Positions 8,534-17,228 of a stretch of 64,000 nt of DNA are shown piece by piece. The notes under the pieces were generated by a model. The model saw only the letters and a list, made by a program, of their open reading frames with translations, was not told the origin of the DNA and ran no database searches. Position 1 is the stretch's first letter. The number at the start of each line of letters is the position of its first letter. Origin of the DNA: an uncultured delta proteobacterium (GTDB taxonomy: Bacteria > Desulfobacterota > Binatia > Binatales > Binataceae); contig CAWJET010000001.1 of NCBI GenBank assembly GCA_963842085.1, positions 1,888,001-1,952,000 on the forward strand, written 5' to 3'. A program made the translations under genes and the position numbers.

Positions 8534-10105
8534 GTGTTCACGGTGTGGACGAGGAAGACAATTGCCCCGCTGCGATTGGTCGCGCTGATCGCTGCGCTCG
8601 CGCTCGCGGGATGCGGCCCCGATCGCACCGCTCGTTCCCCCGCGACGATTCAGGTCGATATCGAAATCACGCCAACCTCGACTGACCCGCGCTTTGCGAC
8701 CGACGCGACCTCATCGCGGATCAACGAACTCATTTTCGATTCGCTGGTGAAGACCGACCGCGATGGTCAATTTGTTGGCCACCTTGCTGACAGCATCGAG
8801 CGTCCTTCGGCTACGGAAATTGTTTTCCATCTGAAGCATGGGGTGCGCTTCAGCGACGGCCGCGAACTGACCGCACGCGACGTGTTATTCACTTACGATT
8901 CGATTCTCGCGCCCGAGTCGATGTCGCCAAAGCGGGCCAGCCTCGAGGAGTTGACCTCAATCGTCGCCCCCGACGACTACACCGTCGTCATGACCACCGC
9001 GCATCCATACGCCCCCGCGCTCGAGATGGCGACGGAGGGTATCGTACCCAGTGGCACTCCGCTGCCCTCGAAAGGAAGCGCAGCCGCTCCCGTCGGCAGC
9101 GGTCCCTTTCATATGGTAGCTTACGCGCGCGACGAGGCCGCGCGGCTCGAGCGCAATCCGTACTACCCGCATCCGCCGGGCGCAGCACAATCGATCCTGT
9201 TCAAGATAGTTCCCGACCCTACGGTGCGCGCGCTCGAACTGGCAGAGGGAGTCTGCGATTTCTCGGGGAACAATATCGAGAACGATGTCTTGCCGTGGCT
9301 GGCAAGGCACCCTTTTCTGGAAGTCAGCAACACTCCGGGTACTACTTATAGGTACCTGTCTTTCAACTTTCGTGATCCGCGGCTGCGAGACTTACGCGTG
9401 CGACGCGGAATTGCCTATGCGATCGACCGCAATACTATAGTCAGTACCATCCTTCGTGGTACTGCTCGAGTAGCTACTGGTATGCTCTCACCCGAGAACT
9501 GGGCATACGACGGCAACGTAACTAGCTATACCTACGATCCGGAGAAGGCGCGTCAGTTGCTCGATCAAGCCGGCTACAGGGTCGGAAGCAACGGCATGCG
9601 CGGCCTCAAATTTGAATATAAGACGACGCCGGAAGGCGCTCGCATGGGCGAAGTGTTTCAGGCGATGCTTCAGCGAGTGGGTATCGAGCTGACTATTCGG
9701 ACTCTCGACTTCGCCACCTATTATGCTGACATTCAGGGCGGAAGTTTCGACCTGACTTCGCTCCAGTGGGTAGGTATCAACGACCCCAATAGCTACTACA
9801 TGGTATTCGACTCGAAGAAGACACCTCCGCACGGAGAAAATCGAGGTTACTATTCCAGCCCCGCGATGGATCGTTTGGTCGAAGCAGGAATGCGAACCGT
9901 CGCTCCGGAAGAACGAAAAAAAATATATGCACAGGTGCAGCGGCTCGCTGCCGCGGACCTGCCGTATGTTTCGCTGTGGTGGGTCGACAATGTGGCTGTG
10001 ATGAATCGGCGGCTCGTCGGTTTCAACGCGTATCCCAATGGCAGCTTCCGCTCGCTCGCGACTCTGACGCTGAGTACTCCCGGCGGCGGAGAGCCGTCGG
10101 ATTGA
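8534..10105 (+). CDS. Peptide/nickel ABC transporter substrate-binding lipoprotein (family 5)
   Basis: Lipobox LAGC, FHLKHGVRFSDG, GSGPF, VRRGIAYAIDR; GTG start at 8534 or 8543 inferred. Confidence 0.88.
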   Translation: MFTVWTRKTIAPLRLVALIAALALAGCGPDRTARSPATIQVDIEITPTSTDPRFATDATSSRINELIFDSLVKTDRDGQFVGHLADSIERPSATEIVFHLKHGVRFSDGRELTARDVLFTYDSILAPESMSPKRASLEELTSIVAPDDYTVVMTTAHPYAPALEMATEGIVPSGTPLPSKGSAAAPVGSGPFHMVAYARDEAARLERNPYYPHPPGAAQSILFKIVPDPTVRALELAEGVCDFSGNNIENDVLPWLARHPFLEVSNTPGTTYRYLSFNFRDPRLRDLRVRRGIAYAIDRNTIVSTILRGTARVATGMLSPENWAYDGNVTSYTYDPEKARQLLDQAGYRVGSNGMRGLKFEYKTTPEGARMGEVFQAMLQRVGIELTIRTLDFATYYADIQGGSFDLTSLQWVGINDPNSYYMVFDSKKTPPHGENRGYYSSPAMDRLVEAGMRTVAPEERKKIYAQVQRLAAADLPYVSLWWVDNVAVMNRRLVGFNAYPNGSFRSLATLTLSTPGGGEPSD

Positions 10106-10109
10106 TCCA

Positions 10110-11030
10110 GTGATCAACTACCTGGTCCGGCGTTTGCTCGCACTCGTTCCGGTGGCGCTTGGCGTCGCGACCCTGACATTCGCGATCATCCACCTGGTGC
10201 CGGGGGATCCGGTGGTTGCGATGCTCGGTGAGACCGCCGCGCCCGCCGACATTGTCGGTATGCGTCATCGACTCGGCCTCGATCGCCCGCTCCTGGAGCA
10301 GTACGGCGCCTATCTCGGCGGGCTCGCCGTCGGCGATCTCGGCGAATCGATCTCATATCGCAAGCCGGTCTCGCGGCTTATCGCTGAACGCTTTCCGGCC
10401 ACGATTGAGCTCGCCGCCGCGGGGATGCTGGTCGCCTTGCTCCTGGCCTTTCCGCTGGGAATAATCGGGGGTTCCAATCCGGGCGGCGCCGGCGATCTCG
10501 GCGCCATGGGATTTGCAATCGTCGGCATTTCGATTCCGCACATCTACCTCGGCCCGCTGCTCATGATTTTATTTTCACTGGATCTGCGCTGGCTGCCGCT
10601 CACCGGCCGCGGCGGTCTCGCGCATCTGGTCCTGCCCGCGGTCACGCTCGGCACCGCGCTCGCCGCGATCCTAGCGCGGATGCTCCGCCAGAGTCTGATT
10701 CGTGTGCGCGAGAGCGACTATATGCGCACCGCGCTCAGCAAGGGGTTGAGCACGCGCGCGGCCCTCGTTCGCCACGGCCTTAAGAATGCACTCACCACCG
10801 TTGTGACCATCATCGGGCTTCAGATGGGCGCGCTGCTGAGCGGCACGCTCATCACCGAGATAATTTTTTCGTGGCCCGGTATCGGACGCCTGCTGATCAG
10901 CGCGATCGGGGCGCGCGATTATCCCGTCGTCGAGGGATGCGTGCTCACGTTCGCGATGACCTACGTCGTCGTGAACATGGCGACCGATCTCGCTTATGCA
11001 ATCATCGACCCGCGAGTGAGAATCCAGTGA
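10110..11030 (+). CDS. Peptide ABC transporter permease (DppB/OppB-like)
   Basis: PGDP, GLDRPL, EAA loop TALSKGLS, ITEIIFSWPGIG, RDYPVV. Confidence 0.92.
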   Translation: MINYLVRRLLALVPVALGVATLTFAIIHLVPGDPVVAMLGETAAPADIVGMRHRLGLDRPLLEQYGAYLGGLAVGDLGESISYRKPVSRLIAERFPATIELAAAGMLVALLLAFPLGIIGGSNPGGAGDLGAMGFAIVGISIPHIYLGPLLMILFSLDLRWLPLTGRGGLAHLVLPAVTLGTALAAILARMLRQSLIRVRESDYMRTALSKGLSTRAALVRHGLKNALTTVVTIIGLQMGALLSGTLITEIIFSWPGIGRLLISAIGARDYPVVEGCVLTFAMTYVVVNMATDLAYAIIDPRVRIQ

Positions 11031-11839
11031 GCCTCCGCGTCCGCAATCCGTCACTGGCTATTGGACTGACTATCATCGCAGCGATCGTCGTCGCTGCGAT
11101 CCTGGGTCCGCTGCTGTTTCACGCCGATCCTTTGTCGATCGATCTTGCCAACACGCTCGCCGGTCCCAGCCGCGCGCATCCGTTTGGCTGCGACGCGCTC
11201 GGCCGCGACGTGCTCGCCCGAGTCCTGTCCGGCGCGCGGCTTTCGCTCTCGATCTCTACCGTCGTCGTTGCGCTCTCGCTGGTCGTTGGCAGCCTGATTG
11301 GAGCGACCGCCGCGTTATCGGGCGGTCAAATCGACAACCTGATGATGCGCGGCGTGGATATCGTCCTCGCTTTTCCGGGAATCCTGCTCGCGATCGCGCT
11401 GGCGGCAATCCTCGGCCCGGGCCTCGTCGACCTCGCGATCGCGCTGACCGCCATGGGATGGACCGGTTACGCGCGCATCGTGCGCGGCGAAGTGCTGAGC
11501 TTGCGCGAGCGCGAGTACGTTCTCGCCGCCGAGAGCTTGGGCGCCACTCGGTCGCGCCTACTGATGCGCCATCTGCTGCCCGGCGTCGTCGGACCGCTCG
11601 CGGTGCAGGCGACGTTCGGAATCGGCGGCATCATCGGCGCCGAAGCCGCGCTTTCGTTCCTTGGCTTGGGCGCGCTCCCTCCCACTGCCAGTTGGGGCAA
11701 CATGCTCGACGCCGGCCGCGCTTTCCTGCTGGTCGCGCCGCATCTCACGACCGCGCCGGGACTCGCGATCGGGCTTTCGATCCTCGGCTTCAACCTTCTC
11801 GGCGACGGGATTGCGCAGAAGGTCGGCCATCGCGCCTGA
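11027..11839 (+). CDS. Peptide ABC transporter permease (DppC/OppC-like)
   Basis: HPFGCDALGRD, EYVLAAESLGA, EAALSFLGLG, FNLLGDG; GTGA overlap with the previous gene. Confidence 0.92.
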   Translation: MSLRVRNPSLAIGLTIIAAIVVAAILGPLLFHADPLSIDLANTLAGPSRAHPFGCDALGRDVLARVLSGARLSLSISTVVVALSLVVGSLIGATAALSGGQIDNLMMRGVDIVLAFPGILLAIALAAILGPGLVDLAIALTAMGWTGYARIVRGEVLSLREREYVLAAESLGATRSRLLMRHLLPGVVGPLAVQATFGIGGIIGAEAALSFLGLGALPPTASWGNMLDAGRAFLLVAPHLTTAPGLAIGLSILGFNLLGDGIAQKVGHRA

Positions 11840-11916
11840 CGGTCAAGTACGCGTTTCGCTCGGCGTGCGCAGCGGCGAAATTTCGTGATACTCATTCTTG
11901 GGAGTGACTGCGCATC

Positions 11917-12936
11917 ATGGAGAGAATCGAGCCCGGCGAAATGGTCCAGCGGCTGACTGCTTTCATCCGCGAGCAGGGCCGTTTCGACCGCGTCGCGATC
12001 GACAACTTTCGCAGGATGCCCGGCGGCGCGTCGCGCGAGATCTGGTCGTTCGATTGCGCGATGGAGCGTGGCGGCGAAGTGAGTCGCCGCGCGATGGTGT
12101 TGCGGCGCGATCCCGGCGCCCACAATATCTCCACCAATCGCCGTCACGAGTTCATGGTCATTCGCGCCGCGTTCGAGGAACGCATCCCGGTTCCCGAAGT
12201 CTTTTGGGTTTCGGAAGACCCCGCCGTTCTCGGCTCCGCGTTTTTCATCATGGAGCGCATCGACGGCGAAACACTGGCGCGTCGACTCCTGCGCGACGAC
12301 GCTTACGCTCGCGCGCGCGAAGTGATGCCCGCGCAACTCGCGGAAATTCTCGCGAAGATTCATCGAATCGATCCCGTCAAGCACAAGCTCGACTTCCTGG
12401 CGGAGCCGGGCGACAACGCGGCGCTGACCGAGGTCCGACGCTACGAGGAAAACTTCCGGCTTCTCGCGCTCGAACCCCATCCCGCCTTCGAATTGGCCTT
12501 CCGATGGCTCCTGAAGCGGGTTCCCAAGACCCCGCGCAAAACGCTGGTACACGGCGACTATCGAATCGGCAATGTTATTTTCGGCCCCGAGGGCGTGCGC
12601 TCGATCCTCGATTGGGAGCTGGCCCATCTCGGCGATCCGATGGAGGACGTCGGCTGGATGTGCGTGCGGGCTTGGCGTTTCGGCAACGATCAGAAGCCGG
12701 TCGGAGGACTCGGCTCGCGTGAGGATTTCTTTCGCGCCTACGAAAAAGCCAGCGGCACCGCCGTCGATCCCGACGCGGCACGCTTCTGGGAGGTCTTCGG
12801 CAACCTGCGCTGGGGCATAATCACCATCAGCCAGGCCCGAACCCATATCGACGGTTTCGTGAAGAGCGTCGAACTGGCTAGCATCGGACGGCGGACTGCC
12901 GAAACGGAGCTCGAATTGTTGAATCTGATCGAATAG
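11917..12936 (+). CDS. APH/choline kinase-family phosphotransferase (LvaA/ACAD10-kinase-like)
   Basis: GGASRE, LVHGDYRIGN, ILDWELAHLGDPMED, IGRRTAETE. Confidence 0.88.
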   Translation: MERIEPGEMVQRLTAFIREQGRFDRVAIDNFRRMPGGASREIWSFDCAMERGGEVSRRAMVLRRDPGAHNISTNRRHEFMVIRAAFEERIPVPEVFWVSEDPAVLGSAFFIMERIDGETLARRLLRDDAYARAREVMPAQLAEILAKIHRIDPVKHKLDFLAEPGDNAALTEVRRYEENFRLLALEPHPAFELAFRWLLKRVPKTPRKTLVHGDYRIGNVIFGPEGVRSILDWELAHLGDPMEDVGWMCVRAWRFGNDQKPVGGLGSREDFFRAYEKASGTAVDPDAARFWEVFGNLRWGIITISQARTHIDGFVKSVELASIGRRTAETELELLNLIE

Positions 12937-12987
12937 CAACATGGTAATTCCGCAGCCTGGTAGTGATACGTAATGTGAGTAATCAAT

Positions 12988-13413
12988 ATGCAGGACCGGC
13001 CGACCTCAATTGAGTTGCTCGAAGCCGCCGCTGACTTCGTCGATCGCGAACTGGTGCCGACGATCGAGGGCGCCCGTCAGTTCCAGGCGCGGGTGGTCGC
13101 CAATGTGATGCGAATCGTCGCCCGCGAGATAAAGATGGAAGATCCACTCGTTCGCAGCGAGGTAAAAGCGCTCGCGCGGCTGCTCGGCCACGATTCACCG
13201 CATCTGCACAGTCTTGACGATCTACGCTCCGCCGCTGCCAGTATGGGCGAAGAGCTGACCGCAAAGATTCGCGCGGGCGCAGCGGACGACGGCGAATGGC
13301 GCCGCGAAGTGCTGGCGGTCGTGCGTCAGAGCGTAGAGGACAAACTCCGTATCGCGAATCCGCGCTACCTCGAGAGCGACATCGCAATCCGCAGCGCCGC
13401 AAAAGTCAAATAG
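12988..13413 (+). CDS. Small helical partner protein (DUF6285/LvaB-like)
   Basis: MQDRPT..ELL, VANVMRIVARE, KIRAG, KLRIANPRY; directly follows the kinase; family assignment from memory. Confidence 0.7.
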   Translation: MQDRPTSIELLEAAADFVDRELVPTIEGARQFQARVVANVMRIVAREIKMEDPLVRSEVKALARLLGHDSPHLHSLDDLRSAAASMGEELTAKIRAGAADDGEWRREVLAVVRQSVEDKLRIANPRYLESDIAIRSAAKVK

Positions 13414-13425
13414 GAGATCTGACTA

Positions 13426-14445
13426 ATGCCTGAAATCAAAGTAGTACTTCTCGAACAGGACGACCTGATGCATCCCAACACCGGCGAGTCCAATTTCAAC
13501 GAAAGCGCATACTATAATTTCTACGATCGTAGTCAGCGCCTCGGCGGGTTTATCCGACTGGGCAATCGCGCGAACGAAGGTTACGCCGAAATGACGGCGT
13601 GCCTGCACCTCCCGGACGGAACCGTCGGCTTCATGTTCCAGCGGCCCGAGATCAAAAATAACGACGCTCACGACGCCGGCGGCGCAAAGTTCGAAGTCGT
13701 CAAACCGTTCGAACGCCACCGCGTCAGCTACCACGGCAAACTCTGCATTCTGAAAAACCCGCTCGAGATGGCCGATCCAGCCAGGGCGTTCAAGAGTAAT
13801 CCATACTCGCAAGCGTCGCTCGAGATTGACTACGTCGCCACGTCTCCCGGATGGGGCGGCGAAGTGCGCGAGAAAATCGGAGAGCAATGGGTCTCGCCGA
13901 AACCATCAGGCGATCCTGAAGCTCAGTTCGCCAAGGGGCATCTCGAGCAACTTGGCCGCGCAACGGGAAAACTGGTGCTTACGACTTGCGGTGCGGACCG
14001 CGAGTTCAAAATCGACGCGCTGGGCCTGCGCGATCATAGCTGGGGCCCGCGCTACTGGCAGGCGCCGAAGTATTATCGATGGCTCACGATGAACTTCGAC
14101 CAGGACCTCGGTGCGATGGCCACCATTACGGTGAATCGCGACGGTAGCGAACGGCCCGGAGGATTCGTTGCGCGCAAGAACCGGCCGTTTCTCAATATCG
14201 TGAAGGTAGACATTCAGACCGAATTCGCCGGCGAGCAGCAGCTGCACGACAAAATCACAGTGAACTGTCAGACTGCCGACGGCGGAGCGCCAATAGTCAT
14301 TACCGGCAAAGTGTTATCGATGATTCCGCTGCGCAACCGCCGCGCCGGTATAGTCACTCGAATCGCCGAAGGTATGACTGAATGGAACTGGGACGGCAAG
14401 ATTGGCTATGGGCTCTCTGAGTATCTCGATCACTTCGATGAGTAG
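13426..14445 (+). CDS. Hypothetical beta-rich protein (tocopherol cyclase/AttH-like, DUF7064-like)
   Basis: FNESAYYNF, HLEQLG, GLRDHSWGPRYW, GYGLSEYL; RBS AGGAG. Confidence 0.65.
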   Translation: MPEIKVVLLEQDDLMHPNTGESNFNESAYYNFYDRSQRLGGFIRLGNRANEGYAEMTACLHLPDGTVGFMFQRPEIKNNDAHDAGGAKFEVVKPFERHRVSYHGKLCILKNPLEMADPARAFKSNPYSQASLEIDYVATSPGWGGEVREKIGEQWVSPKPSGDPEAQFAKGHLEQLGRATGKLVLTTCGADREFKIDALGLRDHSWGPRYWQAPKYYRWLTMNFDQDLGAMATITVNRDGSERPGGFVARKNRPFLNIVKVDIQTEFAGEQQLHDKITVNCQTADGGAPIVITGKVLSMIPLRNRRAGIVTRIAEGMTEWNWDGKIGYGLSEYLDHFDE

Positions 14446-14453
14446 TCAGTCGA

Positions 14454-15488
14454 TCATCGTCCACTCTTCAACGCGCGCAGACTCTCCGTGTAAGGCGGAT
14501 ACGCGACTCCCCGTTCGGTGATAATCGCGGTCACCAGCTCGGCCGGGGTGACATCGAACGCGGGGTTGAAAGTCTGGACGCCCTTCGGTGCGATCTGCCT
14601 GCCGCCGTACTCGGTGAGCTCGCGACCCGACCGCTCTTCGATCGGGATCGCCGCGCCGTTGGGACAGTCCAGGTCGATCGAGGACAGCGGCGCCGCGACG
14701 TAAAAAGGCACGCCGTGGCGCCGGGCCATAACCGCCAGCGGGTAGGTCCCGATTTTATTCGCGACGTCGCCGTTCGCCGCTGTGCGATCCGTTCCTACCA
14801 CCACGCACGTGATCTTGTTTTGCGAGAGCACGGTGGCCGCCATGTTGTCGGCGATTACCGTCACCGGTATCCGATCCTTTTGTAGTTCCCACGCGGTCAG
14901 GCGCGAGCCCTGCAAGAAAGGCCGCGTTTCGTCGGCAAACACCCGGATCTTTTTTCCCGCGTCGCGTGCGGCGCGCACCACCCCGAGCGCCGTGCCGTAT
15001 CCTGCCGTCGCCAGCGCGCCCGCGTTGCAATGCGTCAACACCGTTGCCGAATCTCCGATGAGTTCCGCGCCGAACCGTCCCAGCGCTCGATTCGCGGCCA
15101 GGTCTTCCTCGTAGATTGCGATCGCTTCCGCGCGCATGCGCCTGAACAATGCTCCCGCGTCCAGCGAAACGCTCTCGTCGAGTGCGCGTCCCATTCGATC
15201 CACCGCCCACGCAAGGTTTACCGCAGTTGGCCGCGTGGCTTTGAGAGCCTTCGCGACCACCGCGAAGCGTTTCCGCGCCTTCGCCCCCGCGGTGCCCTTG
15301 ATGCCGAGCGCGACGCCCATCGCCGCCGCCACGCCAATTGCCGGCGCGCCGCGAATCACCATCGTGCGGATAGCGTTCGCGACGCCGCGGTAGTCGCGAT
15401 AGGTTCGAATTACCTCGCGTGCGGGCAGCAAGCGCTGATCGATCATGCGGACGGTGTCCGCCCGCCATTCAATCGTCATCACGGCCAT
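14454..15488 (-). CDS. mtnA: S-methyl-5-thioribose-1-phosphate isomerase
   Basis: IRGAPAIG, RPTAVNL, LTHCNAGALAT, DETRPFLQG, NKIGTY, NPAFDVTP. Confidence 0.95.
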   Translation of the reverse strand: MAVMTIEWRADTVRMIDQRLLPAREVIRTYRDYRGVANAIRTMVIRGAPAIGVAAAMGVALGIKGTAGAKARKRFAVVAKALKATRPTAVNLAWAVDRMGRALDESVSLDAGALFRRMRAEAIAIYEEDLAANRALGRFGAELIGDSATVLTHCNAGALATAGYGTALGVVRAARDAGKKIRVFADETRPFLQGSRLTAWELQKDRIPVTVIADNMAATVLSQNKITCVVVGTDRTAANGDVANKIGTYPLAVMARRHGVPFYVAAPLSSIDLDCPNGAAIPIEERSGRELTEYGGRQIAPKGVQTFNPAFDVTPAELVTAIITERGVAYPPYTESLRALKSGR

Positions 15489-15639
15489 GTGGTCTGACTC
15501 TTTCGCACGCGCATGAGGCTCCACTGACTAATATTCAACTAAGCAATAGAAAACGGCGTCGCTGATCGTTCGCGGCGCCGCTCAACTATGCTCTCGTCGC
15601 GCGACGACCGCATCCCGGCCGGCACGCGCGAAGCTTCGC

Positions 15640-16023
15640 CTAGACTCTTTCGTATACTCCGCGTGCCTTTCGCCTTGCGGCTCCCGCGTCGATCCATCGC
15701 GTGATTGCCGCAAAAATCTCTGACGGCCGCTTGCCCTTGAGTCCGCGCACGTTGCGCACGTCGGCGGCCTTGAATTGCCTGGGAAGTGCCGAAAGCACGT
15801 TGCGCCAATTTACCCGGCCGCGAGGCCCGCTGCTGATCGCTTTCGCTGCGCCGCCCCCCCGACCGATCAACGACCCCAGCCGCGCTTCCTCCGCTTTGAG
15901 TTTGCTCAGTATCGATTCTTTCATGCGGATGTCTTTGCGCAGATTCATCAGCAGCGTGCGCGCTTGCCGCTGAACTTGCTGGAATGCCGACGCGCCTCCG
16001 CGAGGGGCTTTCTTGCGAGGCAT
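15640..16023 (-). CDS. Basic 127-aa hypothetical protein, putative DNA-binding (coiled coil plus winged-helix-like C-terminus)
   Basis: Strong RBS GGAGGAG; Arg/Lys-rich; heptad-like N-terminus; ends RRKARGVY. Confidence 0.7.
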   Translation of the reverse strand: MPRKKAPRGGASAFQQVQRQARTLLMNLRKDIRMKESILSKLKAEEARLGSLIGRGGGAAKAISSGPRGRVNWRNVLSALPRQFKAADVRNVRGLKGKRPSEIFAAITRWIDAGAARRKARGVYERV

Positions 16024-16054
16024 TTGGCTATATCTCCTCCGCGAATTGGTCAGT

Positions 16055-16115
16055 ACAAATTGACTTTGAATCTACACAATCTAACCTACTTCTACAAGTA
16101 TCAAAGTCATTTTGT
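16055..16115. promoter_or_regulatory. AT-rich inverted repeat overlapping candidate divergent promoters
   Basis: ACAAAtTGACTTTGA (16055-16069) / TCAAAGTCAtTTTGT (16101-16115), 31-nt spacer; TTGACT-16-TAACCT on +, TTGTAG-17-TAGATT on -. Confidence 0.5.
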
Positions 16116-16307
16116 CCATTATCAACATCAACCAACTGGATATAAATCATCTATAGCGACTCGTCATTGCCACACTACGCGATCGGACTACTCCGCGCAG
16201 TGCTGAATTTATCCGGCGGGTAGCCAGATTGACTCGCCGATACTTCCGCAAGTTCCCCCGATCGCAATTGCCTGCCAGCCAGGGTTCGCATCGATAAGCG
16301 GAACTCG

Positions 16308-16460
16308 ATCTCGCCGCGCTCCGCGCTGAATGCGGATGCTTCCCCGAGCGGTTCAAGCGCGTGTACCCTCGATGTGTTCCCGTCGAGGGTGACCTACACG
16401 TCCTAACGGCGGGACAATGCAGAGACGACCGTCGTTCAGGCCGCGCCTGCGGCGTGCGAT
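16308..16460 (+). ncRNA. Candidate structured rod-like RNA (6S RNA-like)
   Basis: Nested helices: cgccgc/gcggcg, cgcg-ctgaa/ttcag-cgcg, tccc/ggga, cgtgta/tacacg, ccctcga/tcgaggg; 3' end gttcagg..gcctgcggcg resembles the 6S closing stem; strand uncertain. Confidence 0.4.
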
Positions 16461-16774
16461 ATAACTATTTTAGAAGCGCCCAGGAATCAGAATGCGTACA
16501 ATATGATGCATAGGCATTCGTTGGTTTTCTCCCTATTCGAGACCAGGTAACTGTTGGGACCAACCACGAAATGAAGTAAGGGGGGCAGCAGTAGGATGAG
16601 GCTATGTTTGAGTTTGGCGCGATGCTATAAGCATTCCGGAAATTCGGACTAGATGCGCGCCGTAGGTATCGCCCCGCCACTTAGGTGTCTGTACATCAGA
16701 TCAGGTTTCCGAATGCCTCTAGATACAGACGGAGTACGCCGTAGGGCAGCCGGTTTGCGCGCGAGGAGAGGGTA

Positions 16775-17086
16775 ATGGGCCGCAGACTGTATGTTGGGAA
16801 TCTGGCTTGGACTGTGACCGACCAGGATCTGCTCGACGTCTTTTCGGAAGCAGGAAAGGTGGACAGCTCGCAAGTCATCATCGACCGCGCCACCAACCGC
16901 TCGCGGGGATTCGGTTTCGTCGAGATGGCGACCGATGAGGCGGCCGAAGGCGCGATCAAGAAACTGAATGGCCGCGACATCAAGGGCCGTCCGATTCGCG
17001 TCAACGAAGCGCAGGCGCGCAGCGGCGGAGCTGGTGGTGGCGGCGGCGGCGGCGGTGGCGAACGCCGCGGCGGACGCGACCACTAG
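16775..17086 (+). CDS. RRM RNA-binding protein with Gly-rich tail
   Basis: RNP2 LYVGNL, RNP1 RGFGFVEM, IRVNEA, poly-Gly tail. Confidence 0.95.
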   Translation: MGRRLYVGNLAWTVTDQDLLDVFSEAGKVDSSQVIIDRATNRSRGFGFVEMATDEAAEGAIKKLNGRDIKGRPIRVNEAQARSGGAGGGGGGGGGERRGGRDH

Positions 17087-17228
17087 TCAGTTCCGAAGTT
17101 TCTGGATAGCGCGCGATTGTAGCTCGCCTCTTCGTCGCGCCGCAAAATATACTTAACCCACCTGCGGGGACGCCCGCCTGTCGGGCCGAACCCTCGCGTC
17201 CGGACGCTCCTCGTACTAAACCATCACC

